Source: Tubiluchus corallicola
Lineage: Eukaryota > Animalia > Priapulida
DNA: 64,000 bases
NCBI GenBank assembly: GCA_030141605.1
Contig: JAQGDQ010001054.1
Coordinates: 1-64,000 of the forward strand
Direction of reading: 5' to 3'
Under the pieces are notes generated by a model. It did no database searches. It was not told the DNA's origin and was given only the letters and a program-made list of their open reading frames with translations. The position numbers and the translations under genes are program-made. Of this stretch, positions 1 through 13,900 are shown piece after piece (positions within the stretch are counted from its first letter, which is position 1; every line of letters begins with the position of its first letter).

Positions 1-30
1 CATTTAGTATAAGCATATGCCCAATCCGCG

Positions 31-328
31 AAGACTTGTCGTCCCTTTAGCACACCACAAACAGTTCAAGAGATGTATTATTAGAAGTAGTTTATTATAA
101 ATTTATGCTTTATTTTCAGTTTTTTTGCAGAACTCTTTATTGTATTTTCTAAGTTTCATAGACAACAGTAAAATAAACTCAACATGCTGAATGATATGTC
201 TTTTTCTTTAACTTTGAAGAAGGTACGTTATCATTACCCTTGTCAAGTTGTAGCAAGCAGTACAAACCCCATTTTCTCAGAGGTCAATGTACGCATTTTT
301 GACCCCCGGAGACCTTCTTACCGTTCTA
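31..328 (-). repeat. Left arm of ~300-bp near-perfect inverted duplication (partner 1381-1679)
   Basis: aagacttgtcgtccctttag...ccttcttaccgttcta is the reverse complement of tagaacggtaagaagg...ctaaagggacgacaagtctt at 1381-1679, with only a few small indels. Confidence 0.95.
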
Positions 329-438
329 TTTTTTAATTATCAGAAACGCTTTTGCAATATTAATCGTGTTAAAATGTATACTTTTATCGGACTTGAAAAT
401 GGGGTAGTTTATGAAAAATCATCCTGTCTTCCTTTAAA
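329..438 (+). mobile_element. 3' terminal fragment of TTAA-type MITE family B
   Basis: Matches the right ends of the 4605-5225 and 58006-58616 copies; ends gaaaaatcatcctgtcttCCT-TTAA. Confidence 0.75.
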
Positions 439-675
439 TTAGTTTGTTGTCTCTAAAAACCATAAGCCTCGTCTCTGTAGGTGCTAACAGACAGGGTACT
501 ACCAATGGGTGTATTGGATTTTGGACACACGTGAGACAGCTTATACCATTAGAGAGTATTTTGTATAAAGGACACACCATAGGCACACACTATAACAGCT
601 CGTCTATTCACCTCGCCAACTGAATAGTCAAGTTCTACCTGCCAGTATAATTATCACGTGTAAACTATGTCTGCA

Positions 676-1130
676 TATATATATATTATATTATATTATA
701 TTATATTATATTATATTATATTATATTATATTATATTATATTATATTATATTATATTATATTATATTATATTATATTATATTATATTATATTATATTATA
801 TTATATTATATTATATTATATTATATTATATTACACATATATATATATTACATAATATAATATAATATGATATGATATGATATGATATGATATGATATGA
901 TATGATATGATATGATATGATATGATATGATATGATATGATATGATATGATATGATATGATATGATATGATATGATATGATATGATATGATATGATATGA
1001 TATGATATAATATAATATAATATAATATAATATAATATAATATAATATAATATAATATAATATAATATAATATAATATAATATAATATAATATAATATAA
1101 TATAATATAATATAATATAATATAATATAT
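676..1130. repeat. Compound pentanucleotide microsatellite (TTATA)n / (ATATG)n / (TATAA)n
   Basis: Direct reading. Confidence 0.97.
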
Positions 1131-1380
1131 GTAATATATTATATATGTGTCAAAATTAAGTATAATACAAAATATAAGTTTTAACAAACCGTTAATAATA
1201 GCACTCTGTGATTATAACAGAAATTATATTTCATTTACTGTCATTATTATGTTACACGGTTTTAATACATACATACAAGATCTTTTGCTAAATTTTGAGT
1301 TAAAACAGAAAGAACTTTAAAGACAGTTTGAGCAATCGCTCACTGTGGCAGCACGTTAATTAATGAGATAATTAGAAAAC

Positions 1381-1679
1381 TAGAACGGTAAGAAGGTCTC
1401 CGGGGGTCAAAAATGCGTACATTGACCTCTGAGAAAATGGGGTTTGTACTGCTTGCTACAACTTGACAAGGGTAATGATAACGTACCTTCTTCAAAGTTA
1501 AAGAAAAAAGACATATCATTCAGCATGTTGAGTTTATTTTACTGTTGTCTATGAAACTTAGAAAAATACAATAAAGAGTTCTGCAAAAAAACTGAAAAAT
1601 AAAGCATAAATTTATAATAAACTACTTAATAATACATCTCTTGAACTGTTTGTGGTGTGCTAAAGGGACGACAAGTCTT
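1381..1679 (+). repeat. Right arm of inverted duplication (partner 31-328)
   Basis: Reverse complement of 31-328. Confidence 0.95.
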
Positions 1680-1935
1680 TCAGTATGTTGTGTTTATTTT
1701 ACAGTTGTCATTTATACTGTTTGTGGTGTGCTAAAGGAAAGGACAAGTCACTCAGCATGTTGGGTTTATTTTACTGTTATTACTTAAACTGTTTGTGGTA
1801 TGCTAAAGGAAAGAACAAGTCAGTCAGCATGTTGGGTTTATTTTACTGTTATTACTTAAACTGTTTGTGGTGTGCTAAAGGAAAGAACAAGTCAGTCAGC
1901 ATGTTGGGTTTATTTTACAGTTATCACTTAAACTT
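1645..1935 (+). repeat. ~72-bp tandem repeat, ~4 copies
   Basis: Unit actgtttgtggtgtgctaaaggaaagaacaagtcagtcagcatgttgggtttattttactgttattacttaa; a related inverted end (cttgtcctttccattagacaccacagcag) lies at ~2371-2399. Confidence 0.85.
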
Positions 1936-2961
1936 GGACAAATGTAACAAAGAAATTTGGCAAGGAACTGCTTATAAAACATAAATTTGAAATTACTATT
2001 TTTGAATAGAAATTCTCAGGCAGGTGGTTGTCGGCAGTTGGTACAAAAATCATGACGTAACTGTGAGACTTCGTGACTTTTCGTAAGCGTGTCGTGTCTT
2101 TCTGTAAGCTTAAACTTATTCAAATCTCTACAGCTTACGAAAATGCTACAAAATCTGCTGTCAATTTTTATACGTTTGATGAAGATTGTCAGCGCGCTAC
2201 TTTTCTTCAAGACGAATGACGTCATTGGAAGAAGAAAGGGCATTGAAAATGGAAGCCCCCGAGTATGAAATGATCGCGACTTTAAATTGATTTTACTAAT
2301 TATACGAAGTGTTTATCGCAATTTTAGCATTTTTTTGCGAAGATTGGAATAAGCCTAACCTTCCGGAGGCCTTGTCCTTTCCATTAGACACCACAGCAGG
2401 TTTAGGATAACATCTTAAAATGAGTTACATAACTATTTCTTATAATTAGATATATCAGTCTTCGTTTCGTGATGGCACACTGCAAGCCATGGTAATTATA
2501 AAAAAACGTGATATTAAAAGTCTGGAAGAGTAAAGGAAGACGGAACCCGGGTTTGAACCCGATACCCCGAAACCGCAAAACCGATCCGCAACTACAAGAA
2601 CCCAGTCGCTTGCGATAATGACTGGCGTCGAACGACTTTTCTTACTTGTGTTAAAGTTCGATACTGTATGTCTGTGTTAGACATAAGTTATAACCTTATT
2701 AACATATTCATAATAGTAATAATAATGACTATTACTTTCACTCTGTGCCCCCCCCCCCACTCTTGCATTGCAGCAAGTTTGTACAACTTTGCCCGTGGGT
2801 AATTTATGATGAATAAATTAAGAAGCAGTCATACATAATTTGCATTTCATTTCATTTCGCTCGACACTTTTACAAAATTGTTATGAGTGGCAATGGTTTT
2901 ATAATTACTATGTTCATTGCATTACACGTTGCACACTTACCTAAAACGAGCGTACATCATA

Positions 2962-3156
2962 TATGGGTGAGCATCGAATTCAATTCAATTCAATGCAGTT
3001 TTATTTTCACAATAGCAGTTAAAATTCGTCATAATTATTTTTACATTTCATTGCAGCTGAGAAGGAGCAGCGAAAGACCTATTGGTCACTTGGTCAGCTG
3101 CCCCTTATTAAAAATACAAGTTTATTTACAGGCTCATGACATTTTTTAGATGTTTG

Positions 3157-3202
<46 letters not shown>

Positions 3203-3842
3203 CTCATACATACATAAACATTATAGTATTAAAGATAGATTGGGTATTAAATTAAGTACTAAGTAGCAGAAATGTATATTTAATCTAGTCAAATTTTTAA
3301 AGGGCGCAAAAAATAGTAAGCAAGAAATTCTTGAGAATTGAATACAAGGTTACATTATGAATAATAATAATAGTTATACTCTATGCATAAATTCATGGTA
3401 AAATGAGTAAAGGAATGTAAGATGTTATACAAAAAAAATCAATAAATATATCTCATATCAAATGAAAGCAAAAAACAAACAAAATTCTTCAAGGTAGCAA
3501 AACTTATCAAATAATTAAAGTATTATATCGAACGTTCGAATCGAGTTTTGTTAGCTCGAATACGGCTCGAACGTAAAGTCATAAATTGGGATAATTCAGC
3601 ACTCCAAACTACGTCGTTCTTTTTCAGTAAAATTTTTGAAACATCAAGCAATTAGCACAGTTTAGCTGAGATTTGTCAGAGCGCGATCTTAGTGATTAGA
3701 AAATTCGTTCGAAAATCGTTAAAACTGAACTGGAATTTGATTCGGATTCCTAAAATGTTGAAATTCGACGTGATTCGAGTTCGAAAGTTGCAAATTCGAT
3801 TCGATTCGAATTCGTTTTTTGGTAGAAAATGTTCACCATGCT
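2962..3842 (-). mobile_element. TTCGAA-rich hAT-type MITE copy interrupted by a ~540-bp retroelement 3' end
   Basis: 3530-3840 is homologous, in reverse, to 16208-16609; 2977-3105 on the minus strand has a stem-loop, AATAAA and a (TTGAA)n tail typical of LINE/SINE 3' ends. Confidence 0.55.
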
Positions 3843-4604
3843 CTAATTAAGAACGCGATACTTCTAATTTGCAAGAAAGTCGTGCGCTAATTAAGAACAC
3901 GAAATTTTATGATGAGAAATTAAAAAAATTGCTACGGTTAAAGTAATTTGTAATGTGTCAACGACAAGTTATTTTGGGATATAGAATAATAAAAGTGTTT
4001 CGTGGAGTTTTAAACTGGTTTTACTTGTGCTCAAATTTCCCACTAACGGGCTCGTGTTTCTCGAAACTGTTTTGTAGAACAATTGGCCCCACTGCTTTAA
4101 CCTTTTCAGTCCCAAATTATTTTTTTAATAAGAAAAATTTTTTGGCTTGGTACTTTTGTTCAGTATGTCCATCTTGTTTTCACATAATAATTAACAGACC
4201 AAATAACTGTCAGTTTTAAAATTTTAATAATTTTAAAGGCAAAAAATATTCTCGTATCCCACGGGATACAATGGATCTGAAAGGGTTAAATTGTTCAAAC
4301 ATTGTTCTACACTACAGTATCACAGTTATTAACACGGTTAGGGAAAAAGTTTTTGCACAAATAAAAGCAGTTTTAAGATTTCAAACAACATTAACAGAAA
4401 ATGCTTCTATTCTTATAGCATAGTTAAGCGAAATTCAAAGAACAGTGTTCCCTGAATTCACATTTCGTATCATTACTAATCTAATCCGATTTACTGTACC
4501 CTGTAATACTTCATTAGTACATAATCAGACAATTCATGTGATCCTAATAATGTTTGTAAGCTTTGCTGCTGATCAGATGTCTAAAATTAAACTAAAGTTC
4601 TTCA

Positions 4605-5225
4605 AGCAAAGCCGGACCCAATCTTAAACTGTTTGTCAAAACAATCTATTCTCTAAAATATTGAAAGGAACCATGCTATTTTTTTCAAAAAAATGACTTA
4701 CGTGAAAGAATTATTACCACAAAAACACATTTTCACGTTCGCGCCACTAGTTCTTCACCGTTACATGCATTTCCCCATTCGCTGGTTAAACAAGCACTAG
4801 CGTCTGCAATTCAGAAACGCATTGGTCAAAAAGAGGTCCTGTACCTCTCAGATGTGTTAGTTTGTGAAGAACTACACACGTTCGACAGCTCCTGCGTGAG
4901 CACAGCGGTAAATTTGAAATTTCATTTTAAAACTTGCCTAGTTTTAGTACAACACGCTGTATATCTTACAGTAGCACTACAATTCAATTTTTGCTTTCGC
5001 AAACACAATCGTGGAATATTTTTGATGCTGAAAATTATGTTAGTTTGTGAAGTCATCACAAACTATGTTAGTTTTTGATGTTAGTTGGGTTCGCTTGCCA
5101 TTAATTAAGTTTTTAATCTACTATTTAATTATCAGAAAAGCTTTTCAGCATTAACTGTGTTAAAATGTTTACTTTTTACTGGATTTGAGAATGGGCTAAT
5201 ATATGAAAAATCATCCTGTTTTCCT
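4605..5225 (+). mobile_element. Non-autonomous TTAA-targeting DNA transposon, family B (Kolobok-like)
   Basis: Starts ttca|AGCAAAGCCGGACC and ends ATCATCCTGTTTTCCT|TTAA; homologous copies at 8716-9286(-), 58006-58616, 25625-25888 and 329-438. Confidence 0.75.
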
Positions 5226-5726
5226 TTAATTGTTATTCTACAGTTTGGTTCCACAGTTACTGAGTCGGCTATTGAAAAGGCTCTTGCACAAATAACGCCA
5301 AATGTAAGATTTTGAACATCCTTTACAGAAAATTCTTAGTACAGTACAGTACAGTGCAGTGCAGTGCAGTGCAGTGTGATCATATTCGATGCAAAGAAAC
5401 ATACATGACACGACGTAATGTTTTAGTTTACAATGTGATCATATTCGATGCAAAGAAACATACCAGACAAGACGTAATGTTTTACTGCAGGACACAAATA
5501 ATGGTAGTCCTGTGTAATTACAATTAATTCATTCCAGGTTTATGGGTTTATCGCGTGTATGAAGCTATTCAGCCACTTGACAAAATTAGATCATTAAACT
5601 ATCGTATTCAGATATTGTGTCGCACGCGGTCCAAGTGACTTTTCAAATGTTTTCTTTACAATGCTTCTTGTTCTTGGTACTTTCAAACAATTTTTGCTGA
5701 CTCTCTCTAATTGCGTAATTTTCAGC

Positions 5727-5749
5727 CCTCCCTCCCTCCCTCCCTCCCT

Positions 5750-5796
<47 letters not shown>

Positions 5797-5807
5797 CTCT
5801 TCCTCTT

Positions 5808-5847
<40 letters not shown>

Positions 5848-6020
5848 CTTTCTCTCTGTCTCTCTCTCTTTCCTTTTTTCTCTCTCTGTCTCTCCCTCTC
5901 TCTCTGTGTTTCTTTCTCTCGGTGACTCCCTCTTTCTCTCTGTCTGTTTGTATGTCTGCCTGTTTCTCTCTCTTTCTTTCTTTCTTTCTCTGAGCCCCCT
6001 TTCTCTGTCTCTGTCTGTCT
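5727..6020. repeat. (CCCT)n/(CT)n polypyrimidine microsatellite
   Basis: Direct reading. Confidence 0.95.
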
Positions 6021-6149
6021 TTAGCCAGCCTTGCTTAGCACATCTGAGCGAAGTCTACCCAAACCAAGCGAAGCCAAGCCGAGCGAAAACAAAAAAACTA
6101 AGTCAACCCAAGTAGCAATGCCTAACCAAGCCAAGCTAAGCGGTGCCTA

Positions 6150-6580
6150 GCCAAGCCATGTCAACCTAAGTAATGTCTATCCAAGCCATGGCAACCTAAG
6201 TAATGTCTATCCACGCCATGTCAACTTCAGTAATGTCTATCCAAGCCATGTCAACTTAAGTAATGTCTATCCAAGCCATGTCAACCTAAGGAATGTCTAT
6301 CCAAGCCATGTTAACCAATCAATGTGTATCCGAGCCATGTCAACCAATCAATGTGTATCCAAGCCATGTCAACTTAAGTAATGTCTATCCAAGCCATGTC
6401 AACTTAAGTAATGTCTATCCAAGCCATGTCAACTTAAGTAATGTCTATCCAAGCCATGTCAACTTAAGTAATGTCTATCCAAGCCATGTCAACTTAAGAT
6501 ATGTCTATATAAGCCATGTCAACTTAAGTAATGTCTATCCAAGACATGTCAACCTAAGTAATGTGTACTCAAGTCAAGTT
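6150..6580. repeat. 30-bp minisatellite, ~14 copies
   Basis: Unit ccaagccatgtcaacttaagtaatgtctat. Confidence 0.95.
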
Positions 6581-7794
6581 AATTAATTTTTTATGCAGCT
6601 CAGCACTGTCCACAACTTCATTCCAATACTCAACGACCACTCATTGTCGGAAGCTTGGCAAGACCAGAAGCTGAAGCTAGCCTGAAAAAATACTTTATGA
6701 TGAGAACCTGAAGAACGTTATCTACCCTCCCTTACTGAAATAACTAACCATAACAATGCAGATGAAATTGCAATCACCCATCCATATGTGACCAGGCTCA
6801 ATGTTGCTAAACTTGCGTAATTACGCACAGTGGCACCGTGACCGCTCAGCGTTTATCCACGTTATGAAAACCCCGTCGACGAATTTCCCTGGAAGAAGGG
6901 CGCATCGCTGTATTGCCATATGTCTTCGCCTATAATCAAACATGTTCAATTGTTGATCTTGTAATGACAATGTTTATACCTGCAATTTGTTCAGTACCTT
7001 ACTGAGTGTTATACCGTTTCTACAGACGAAACGTGGCATTAGATACGCCTCAAGCCTCATTGCCTAACCAGCAAGCAACATACATGCGAGTGCGTCTAGT
7101 CTACCCCTATCCAATAAGCAACGCATCCAAGCGCACGCAACTATTGAAACCTTACTTTTATAAACGTTTTTTATTAGCTCATTAGCGCGCTGAACGTGCT
7201 TGATTAGTCGTCAAATTTGTACCGAGAAATTTGACTAGGGTGGCATTTTAGTGTACTCCCGTTTTTAGCGACGCCCCCCTCGGAGGTGTTGAAATGTAGG
7301 GCATGAAGTCATGCCATATATAAACGCAAGAGCAACTACATTTTAATAATAGGTAACTTTTGTTAGTGCTGTTACAGCAGTGCAATTATACACATGTTTT
7401 ATGGATAGTTACTTACGATAGTACGTACGTATTGATAGCTATAATTGATAAATTAATCGATAATTAATTTAGTTTGTTTGTCATTAAATTGTTTAATTAG
7501 TTAGCATTTCTAGTTATACTATATATCTAATTAAAGCTGGCAGTAAAATAATTTAATTTACTAGTTTAACAATAAACATTTTTAACTAACTCCAGGGTTA
7601 AGAATTGAAACGTTGCATTTCTTAATACTGAAAAATCTAAATTAAGATTTGCAATGATTATAAGGCGCGTTAGTTAAACCGTTTCCGAATTAAATCATTT
7701 TTTGTTTCCTATTTTTAGCGTTCGTTGAATTTGCGCAAGCGCACATTACGCAACTTTGTCTTTTTTGTGTGACATTTAGTGTAAAATTTTCCCT

Positions 7795-8508
7795 TAAAAG
7801 GGAAGAAAACGGGATTTTAAACCATACCACAACAATCTTTCCACACAATGTTATGTTATCTAGCATGGCGCTTAAGTATTTGAAAGACTTGCGAAGTTGG
7901 AAAGCAAAATTCATAATTTACAATGTTCGTGGTTAGTTCGTGACATAAGCAAAAGCTGTGTTCGGTTGAAGTTTATTAACTTTCTAAGCTAATTATTCAA
8001 ATGTAAGGAACTATTTTAACTTTTATAGGCAAGAAAATGTATATTTTGGACAGTGAATTAAAATGAGATTGAGTTTAAACAATCGTCCGGTCTTCCTTTT
8101 AGTTTAGCAGCTAGAAAGACTTACGTAATTAGAAAAGAAAATTTATAGAAATTTAAAATATTTGTGTTAACTGGTAAGATGTCACTGACTCACCTTCCCA
8201 GTGTGCCCCGCTGGCTCACCAAAAACAATTCATTCTTTTTATTTCCAGTATGGAATAACTTAAACTTTTGCTTGCTTAGCTAAGGGTGTGTTCTCTGAGA
8301 AATTTTTCGTTTTTACGCTAAACTTGTTTCAAACGACTTACTATTAAAATCGCTGCGCCTAACGGTCATCGGGGGAGTTTAAATTTACCAAATTTATACG
8401 GCGTCACTTCTAATACAAGCTTTGCACGCAATAAGATAACATGGTACAAAAGGACCATTTCAGGACGATTTTTTCAAGCTTTGCTCATGAATAGTGTTAT
8501 CTTGTCCT
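7795..8508 (-). mobile_element. Degraded TTAA-type MITE family D copy containing a 3' fragment of family A (~7971-8097)
   Basis: Ends gttatcttgtCCT|TTAA; internal parts are reverse-homologous to 18891-19597; acaatcgtccggtcttcct at ~8079-8097 equals the family A terminus. Confidence 0.55.
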
Positions 8509-8715
8509 TTAAATTTTTTGAAATTCGTTGATCAATGCTCAATCCTAGCTTAACTGATTAGTATTTGCAGTTGCTTAAAGAAAGAAGGCTAACTTAAAAT
8601 CAGATATTTCAGAACTGATGTAATTCAGACGTTTCAATACTGATAATAGGCCTGCCCGATACCGACCTACGAAATTATTCAACATTGGAACTCATTACTA
8701 ACCTCTTGCGTAAAA

Positions 8716-9286
8716 GAAGGCAGGATGATTTTTCATATACTACTCCATTTTCCAGTACGATGAAAAGTATACATTTTAACACAGTTAATACTGCAAAAGC
8801 GTTTCTGATAATTAGATAATAGATAAAAAACTTAATTAACGTCACGAGCTAACATAATTTTCAACATCAGAAATATTTCACGAGCGTGTTGCTCGTGTTT
8901 GTGAAAGAGAAAATTGAAGTACAGTGCTACTGTAAGATATTCAGGGTGTTAAAGATAAAAATTCAAATTTTAAATTTACAGCTGTGCTCATGCATGAGCT
9001 ATCGAATCTGTGTAGTACGTCACAAACCAACACATCTGAACTGAGAGTTACAACACTTGTTTTTTATGCAGTACTTTTCCGAAATGCTGGCGCTAGTGTC
9101 CGTCTAACTTGCGAATGGTGAAACGCGAGTAACAATGAAGAACTAGTGGCGCGAACGTGAAATTGTGCTTGTGTTTTAATAGTTCTTTCACGTAAGTCAT
9201 TTTTGAAAAAGATAGTACGTCTCCTTGCAATTTTATAAAGAGTAGATTGTTTCTACCTGCAGTTTAAGATTAGGTCCGGGTTTGCT
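8716..9286 (-). mobile_element. TTAA-type MITE family B copy
   Basis: Reverse complement of 4605-5225; ends ggtccgggtttgct|ttaa. Confidence 0.75.
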
Positions 9287-9494
9287 TTAAATAATTTTAA
9301 AAAATCTGTGCTATTTTTTGTGTTGTTTTATTTTTTCCCGTAATTCAGTATAGTCTCATTTTCTTGTATTCATTTCTGTTTTTACATAATAGGGAAAAAA
9401 CTACATTTAAAATAAATGTTAATTAAAAACAAAAATTTGATACTGAACAGAGACAGTTACAGTTCTTACTTAAGTAATAGGTCAACTCTTGCAA

Positions 9495-10150
<656 letters not shown>

Positions 10151-10936
10151 TATACTATTTATTATTATTTCTGCCTTTCATATTTTTCAATTTGAGCCCT
10201 AATTAATTGACATAATTAATCAACTTTTGATTGTAACACATTCAGCAAATTAACATAAAGCTTATTCAGTTTATTAATCGGTAGATTTTCACTAAGCTAT
10301 GTCCATTCTGTATTTGATTTGATCTGCATATATTAATAACCCTTGACAAAGTGTAACTACGGTTGCTCAAAAGGCGTAGAATTTCCATCAAAGTGTCCTA
10401 ATTTGTCAAAACGACAGCATTGAAATCGTTACTCGGTTATGTTATGGTTTTGCTACGACACGTGATATGTGAACGGAATTGAATTAATCTTTGCCTTTCG
10501 GCAGAAACGTATTCATCGTCACAGCGTAACAAGATTTTGCGGTTCTGCGGAAATCACGTGGTTAGACCAGCGAAATCTTAAAAAAACGCAAAGAAAATTA
10601 ATTCGATAAATGATGAAGGTTCCCTTCTTTAGATACCTGGAACAGGAACTATTTCATTGTATCAAACGTACATCTTATTGAAAAATTGTCTAATTTATAT
10701 TAGTACAGTGCTTTTTAAAAAAAAATACCACACTAGGGGGAAAGTTTAATGAACTACGCATGCGCGCACATCTTTCACGATGTCTGATTCTTTAATCTGA
10801 ATTTTATGTTTATTCATGGATTAATTAATCAAATGTGAAGGTAATGAAGGATGCAAAAACTTGGTACATCACCGCTTCCGCCAAGGTCCTTTCATAATTT
10901 TCTAACAGTGGCGTAATTAACAGAATTTTAATCAAA

Positions 10937-11477
10937 CAGTGGCGGCTCGTGTAGGGGTGCTGTGGAACTGCAGCACCCCTATTTTCATTCAATATTATCG
11001 ATAATATTCAATATAATAAGTATTTTTTCTTTAGTTCTTTCTTTATACTTGTACGGAATCAGTGCACGTGAGGGTAGTACTGTTTGCTTCACAGCCCAGC
11101 ACAGTGGTGTGTTTGGCTGTTGTGCGCATGCGGAGCACATGTCTGAGATAACACACTGTACGCTAGCATCTGCTGCTAGGTAGAGAAAGTACTGTCGCTC
11201 ACACAGTTTATTGTTAGTTGTCACGTGCTTGCCGTGAATGGATTCAACTCAAACTGCGACAATTTAGACTATTAGTAAGCAAAAATATTTTTTATTTTGG
11301 ATATTATCAAGTTTACGTATAAATTTTCACGTGTTTGTTTGTTAAAAATTACAATTACAAATTACAACATTAAAATAACATACGTTTGTTTCGTTTTACA
11401 CAGTATTAAACCAATGGTTAAAAAATTTTTAAACCAGCACCCCCCCCCCCCCCAACTTTTCCTACGAGCCGCCATTG
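10937..11477 (+). mobile_element. hAT-superfamily MITE with 8-bp TSD
   Basis: TIRs CAGTGGCGGCTCGT / ACGAGCCGCCATTG; TAATCAAA duplicated at 10929-10936 and 11478-11485; second copy at 52799-53096. Confidence 0.9.
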
Positions 11478-12102
11478 TAATCAAATTTAATAAACGCCTA
11501 GTTTTAATATTCACATAATTTCCACTAGAGACGGCGGGTCCGTGGATAATTACAGGGCAAAAATAAGTGATAAAATTGACGAATTTATGGACGAAGTCCT
11601 TGAAAAAAGCTGTGAACTTGGACACAAGTTGGGAACTCGCGCGCCACAAGTGTTCAAGTTTGAAACAATAGGTGGCATTGTGAGGCACCTTGATGAGGAT
11701 ATATAGGTTTTACATGTCAAATGCAGACCAGCGTTAACTCAAATGTAGATTTAGGTAGTTCAAATGTGTCTTGGTAACTCAAATGCAGACTTGGGTAGTT
11801 CAGCTCGATCGCTTAATAAGTATGATCATAACTTTCCTTTTGTATAAAGGTGCAAAGTTGTAATGATTTCCGTTTTATCCTGGAATCCGATTGTGAACGA
11901 AGGACCTTATTAAAGGCCAAATACAGCGTGCTTCGTGGAGTTTCAGTTTCAAACAAAAACAGAAAAAAAGCTTTAACTAAGATTTTCTGATACTTTTAAC
12001 TTTTTCTTGGTGGTTTGTATCTGGTGTGAACGTGTCATTCTTTCAGAAGAAAGTTTGGAATTCTGCTCGTTAGATGACGTCAACAAAAGTCAGTCCTTAG
12101 TG

Positions 12103-12750
12103 CTTCTTCTTCTTCTTCTTCTTCTTTTGTTGCTCCAAACGTCTATTGTAGACATGGAGCCTCTATTCTTCATTAGAGCACCCCACTATTCCTGACTCCA
12201 GTTTCTGTGATGCTATTATTGATCTCAGCCATTGTAAATCCTTATAAATTCTTGATATCCAAGTTGTTTTTGGTTTTGCCTGGAGCTCGTTTAGTAAATT
12301 ACAGTGCCTCGTTTAATGCTAATCTGGCTGGTGTTGTTTCTCGTAATCTCGTTAAATGCCCTGCCCATCTTAGTCTTCTGACTCTGATTTTAGTGCTCCG
12401 TTGTTTAATGCTAATCTTGCTGGTGTTGTTTCTGGTAATTTCATTAAATGTCCTACGCATCTTAGTCTTCTGATTCTGATTTTAGTGCTCCAATGTTTAA
12501 TGCTAATCTTACTGGTGTTGTTTCTAGCAATCTTATTAAATGTCCTACCCATCTTACTCTTCTGATTCTGATTTTAGTGCTCCATTGTTTAATGCTAATC
12601 TTACTTGTGTTGTTTCTGGCAATCTCATTAAATGTCCTACCCATCTTACTCTTCTGATTCTGATTTTAGTGCTCCAATGTTCTTCTTTGGTTCTGTTATT
12701 CAGTCGTTAGTGTTTACGTTTGGTTATCAAGTATCACAGTGTAGCATTGC
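12103..12750 (-). mobile_element. RTE-clade LINE 3' fragment with (GAA)n tail and internal ~92-bp tandem amplification
   Basis: Minus-strand peptides WSTKIRIRRLRWxGHLxRLPETTPARLAL resemble the RTE ORF C-terminus and are repeated ~4 times; (CTT)n at 12103-12127. Confidence 0.8.
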
Positions 12751-12762
12751 TTACAAATTCCC

Positions 12763-13259
12763 TGTCACAGAAACAACGCGGTATCCAAGGAAGCCGTTGC
12801 TAACAGAAACAACGCTGTATCCAAGGAAGCCGTTGCTAACAGAAGAAACGCGGTATCCAAGGAAGCCGTTGCTAGCACGGTTGTTTAGCCTGAAATTTTC
12901 CGAGGTTTCACGAGCAAAACCGACCAAAATGTTTTGAGGAAAATGCAACTGATTTCAATATGAAGGAAGAAATGATATTTAATAAAATTAACGTCAAACT
13001 TTAAATTACGATTAACTATTTTAATTAAAGAAAAGTTGTTTTTCTGATTAATTTGACCTTTTCTTATTTTTTCACTTGTTGTACAATTAACCGTGGTACT
13101 AATTAGTACCAAGCACTCATGGAACGAAGTCATCTAAAAGTGTGTTTTTAAACAGGATTTAACCTTGTTGCCTCATGTTAGATACCGTTTCTCAAAATTT
13201 CTTGGAATTATACTAAAAAAGGAACCCCTAAGTTTGTCTGGCTCGTTGTTTCTGTCACA
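12763..13259. mobile_element. ~500-bp MITE with 18-bp TIRs and three 36-bp subterminal repeats
   Basis: TGTCACAGAAACAACGCG ... CTCGTTGTTTCTGTCACA; unit acagaaacaacgcggtatccaaggaagccgttgcta x3 at 12767-12876; no clear TSD. Confidence 0.6.
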
Positions 13260-13449
13260 TTTATAGGACACAATTTGAAAGCAGTCATATTGCAAAGTAT
13301 CTCACTCACCTAGTGAACGTTTTGTCGTGTTTCACAAAAGGTTTATGCATTCATTCCAAACCGATCAAACGGAGCAGGTATTGCACTCTTATTTTCAAGA
13401 TTATTGACAAAACTAGGTGACCATTAAACTATTTAAATTGTTGAAGATA

Positions 13450-13900
13450 AGTCACGGATTTAAAGATGTTTAACCATAGCTGCTATGGACTTCACGTATA
13501 TCGTGGTGGAGGTTTAATTCCACTCCAGGATGGTTGTGGAGAACAGTTGAGCAGAAACGCATTGACAAGTGGATTGTTACTGGATTCGATGAGAACAACT
13601 GTTTTTCTGTTAATTCTGCCTTTAATAATAACTGGTTTCTTGACTGCGTTGAGCATTTGTTAACAGACTAAAAGATGTCGAAACAGATGATCGTGTTCAC
13701 CAGTGTCGGTAATAGTTGTTGATGTCTCAATGCTTGATACAAGATTGTTCTTCGGGTTCGGTGATTGGGTCAGTATGGCTGATCAAAGGTCATACCTATC
13801 TGACCAGTGCCAAGTTCTGTACATTCAGAAGTGCGCTTGTTTAGCCCCAGGTTCTGAACACGACTTTGCATTTAACAGAGTTGAAAACATGCTAAAGTCT
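13450..13900 (-). mobile_element. Possible highly decayed CR1-like LINE ORF2 remnant
   Basis: Minus strand with frameshifts gives FSTTILEWN...LHHDIREV...LNIFKS, resembling the FFPxTIxEWNxL...LNIFK motif. Confidence 0.35.

Noticed and set aside
2540-2605. tRNA gene (B-box GGTTCAAACC on the minus strand; similar at ~31072-31085)
   Set aside because: No cloverleaf could be built; at most decayed tRNA-SINE heads
6600-7210. Possible coding or LINE remnant with higher GC (similar at 27200-27480)
   Set aside because: No sustained frame or motif clear enough to call without a search
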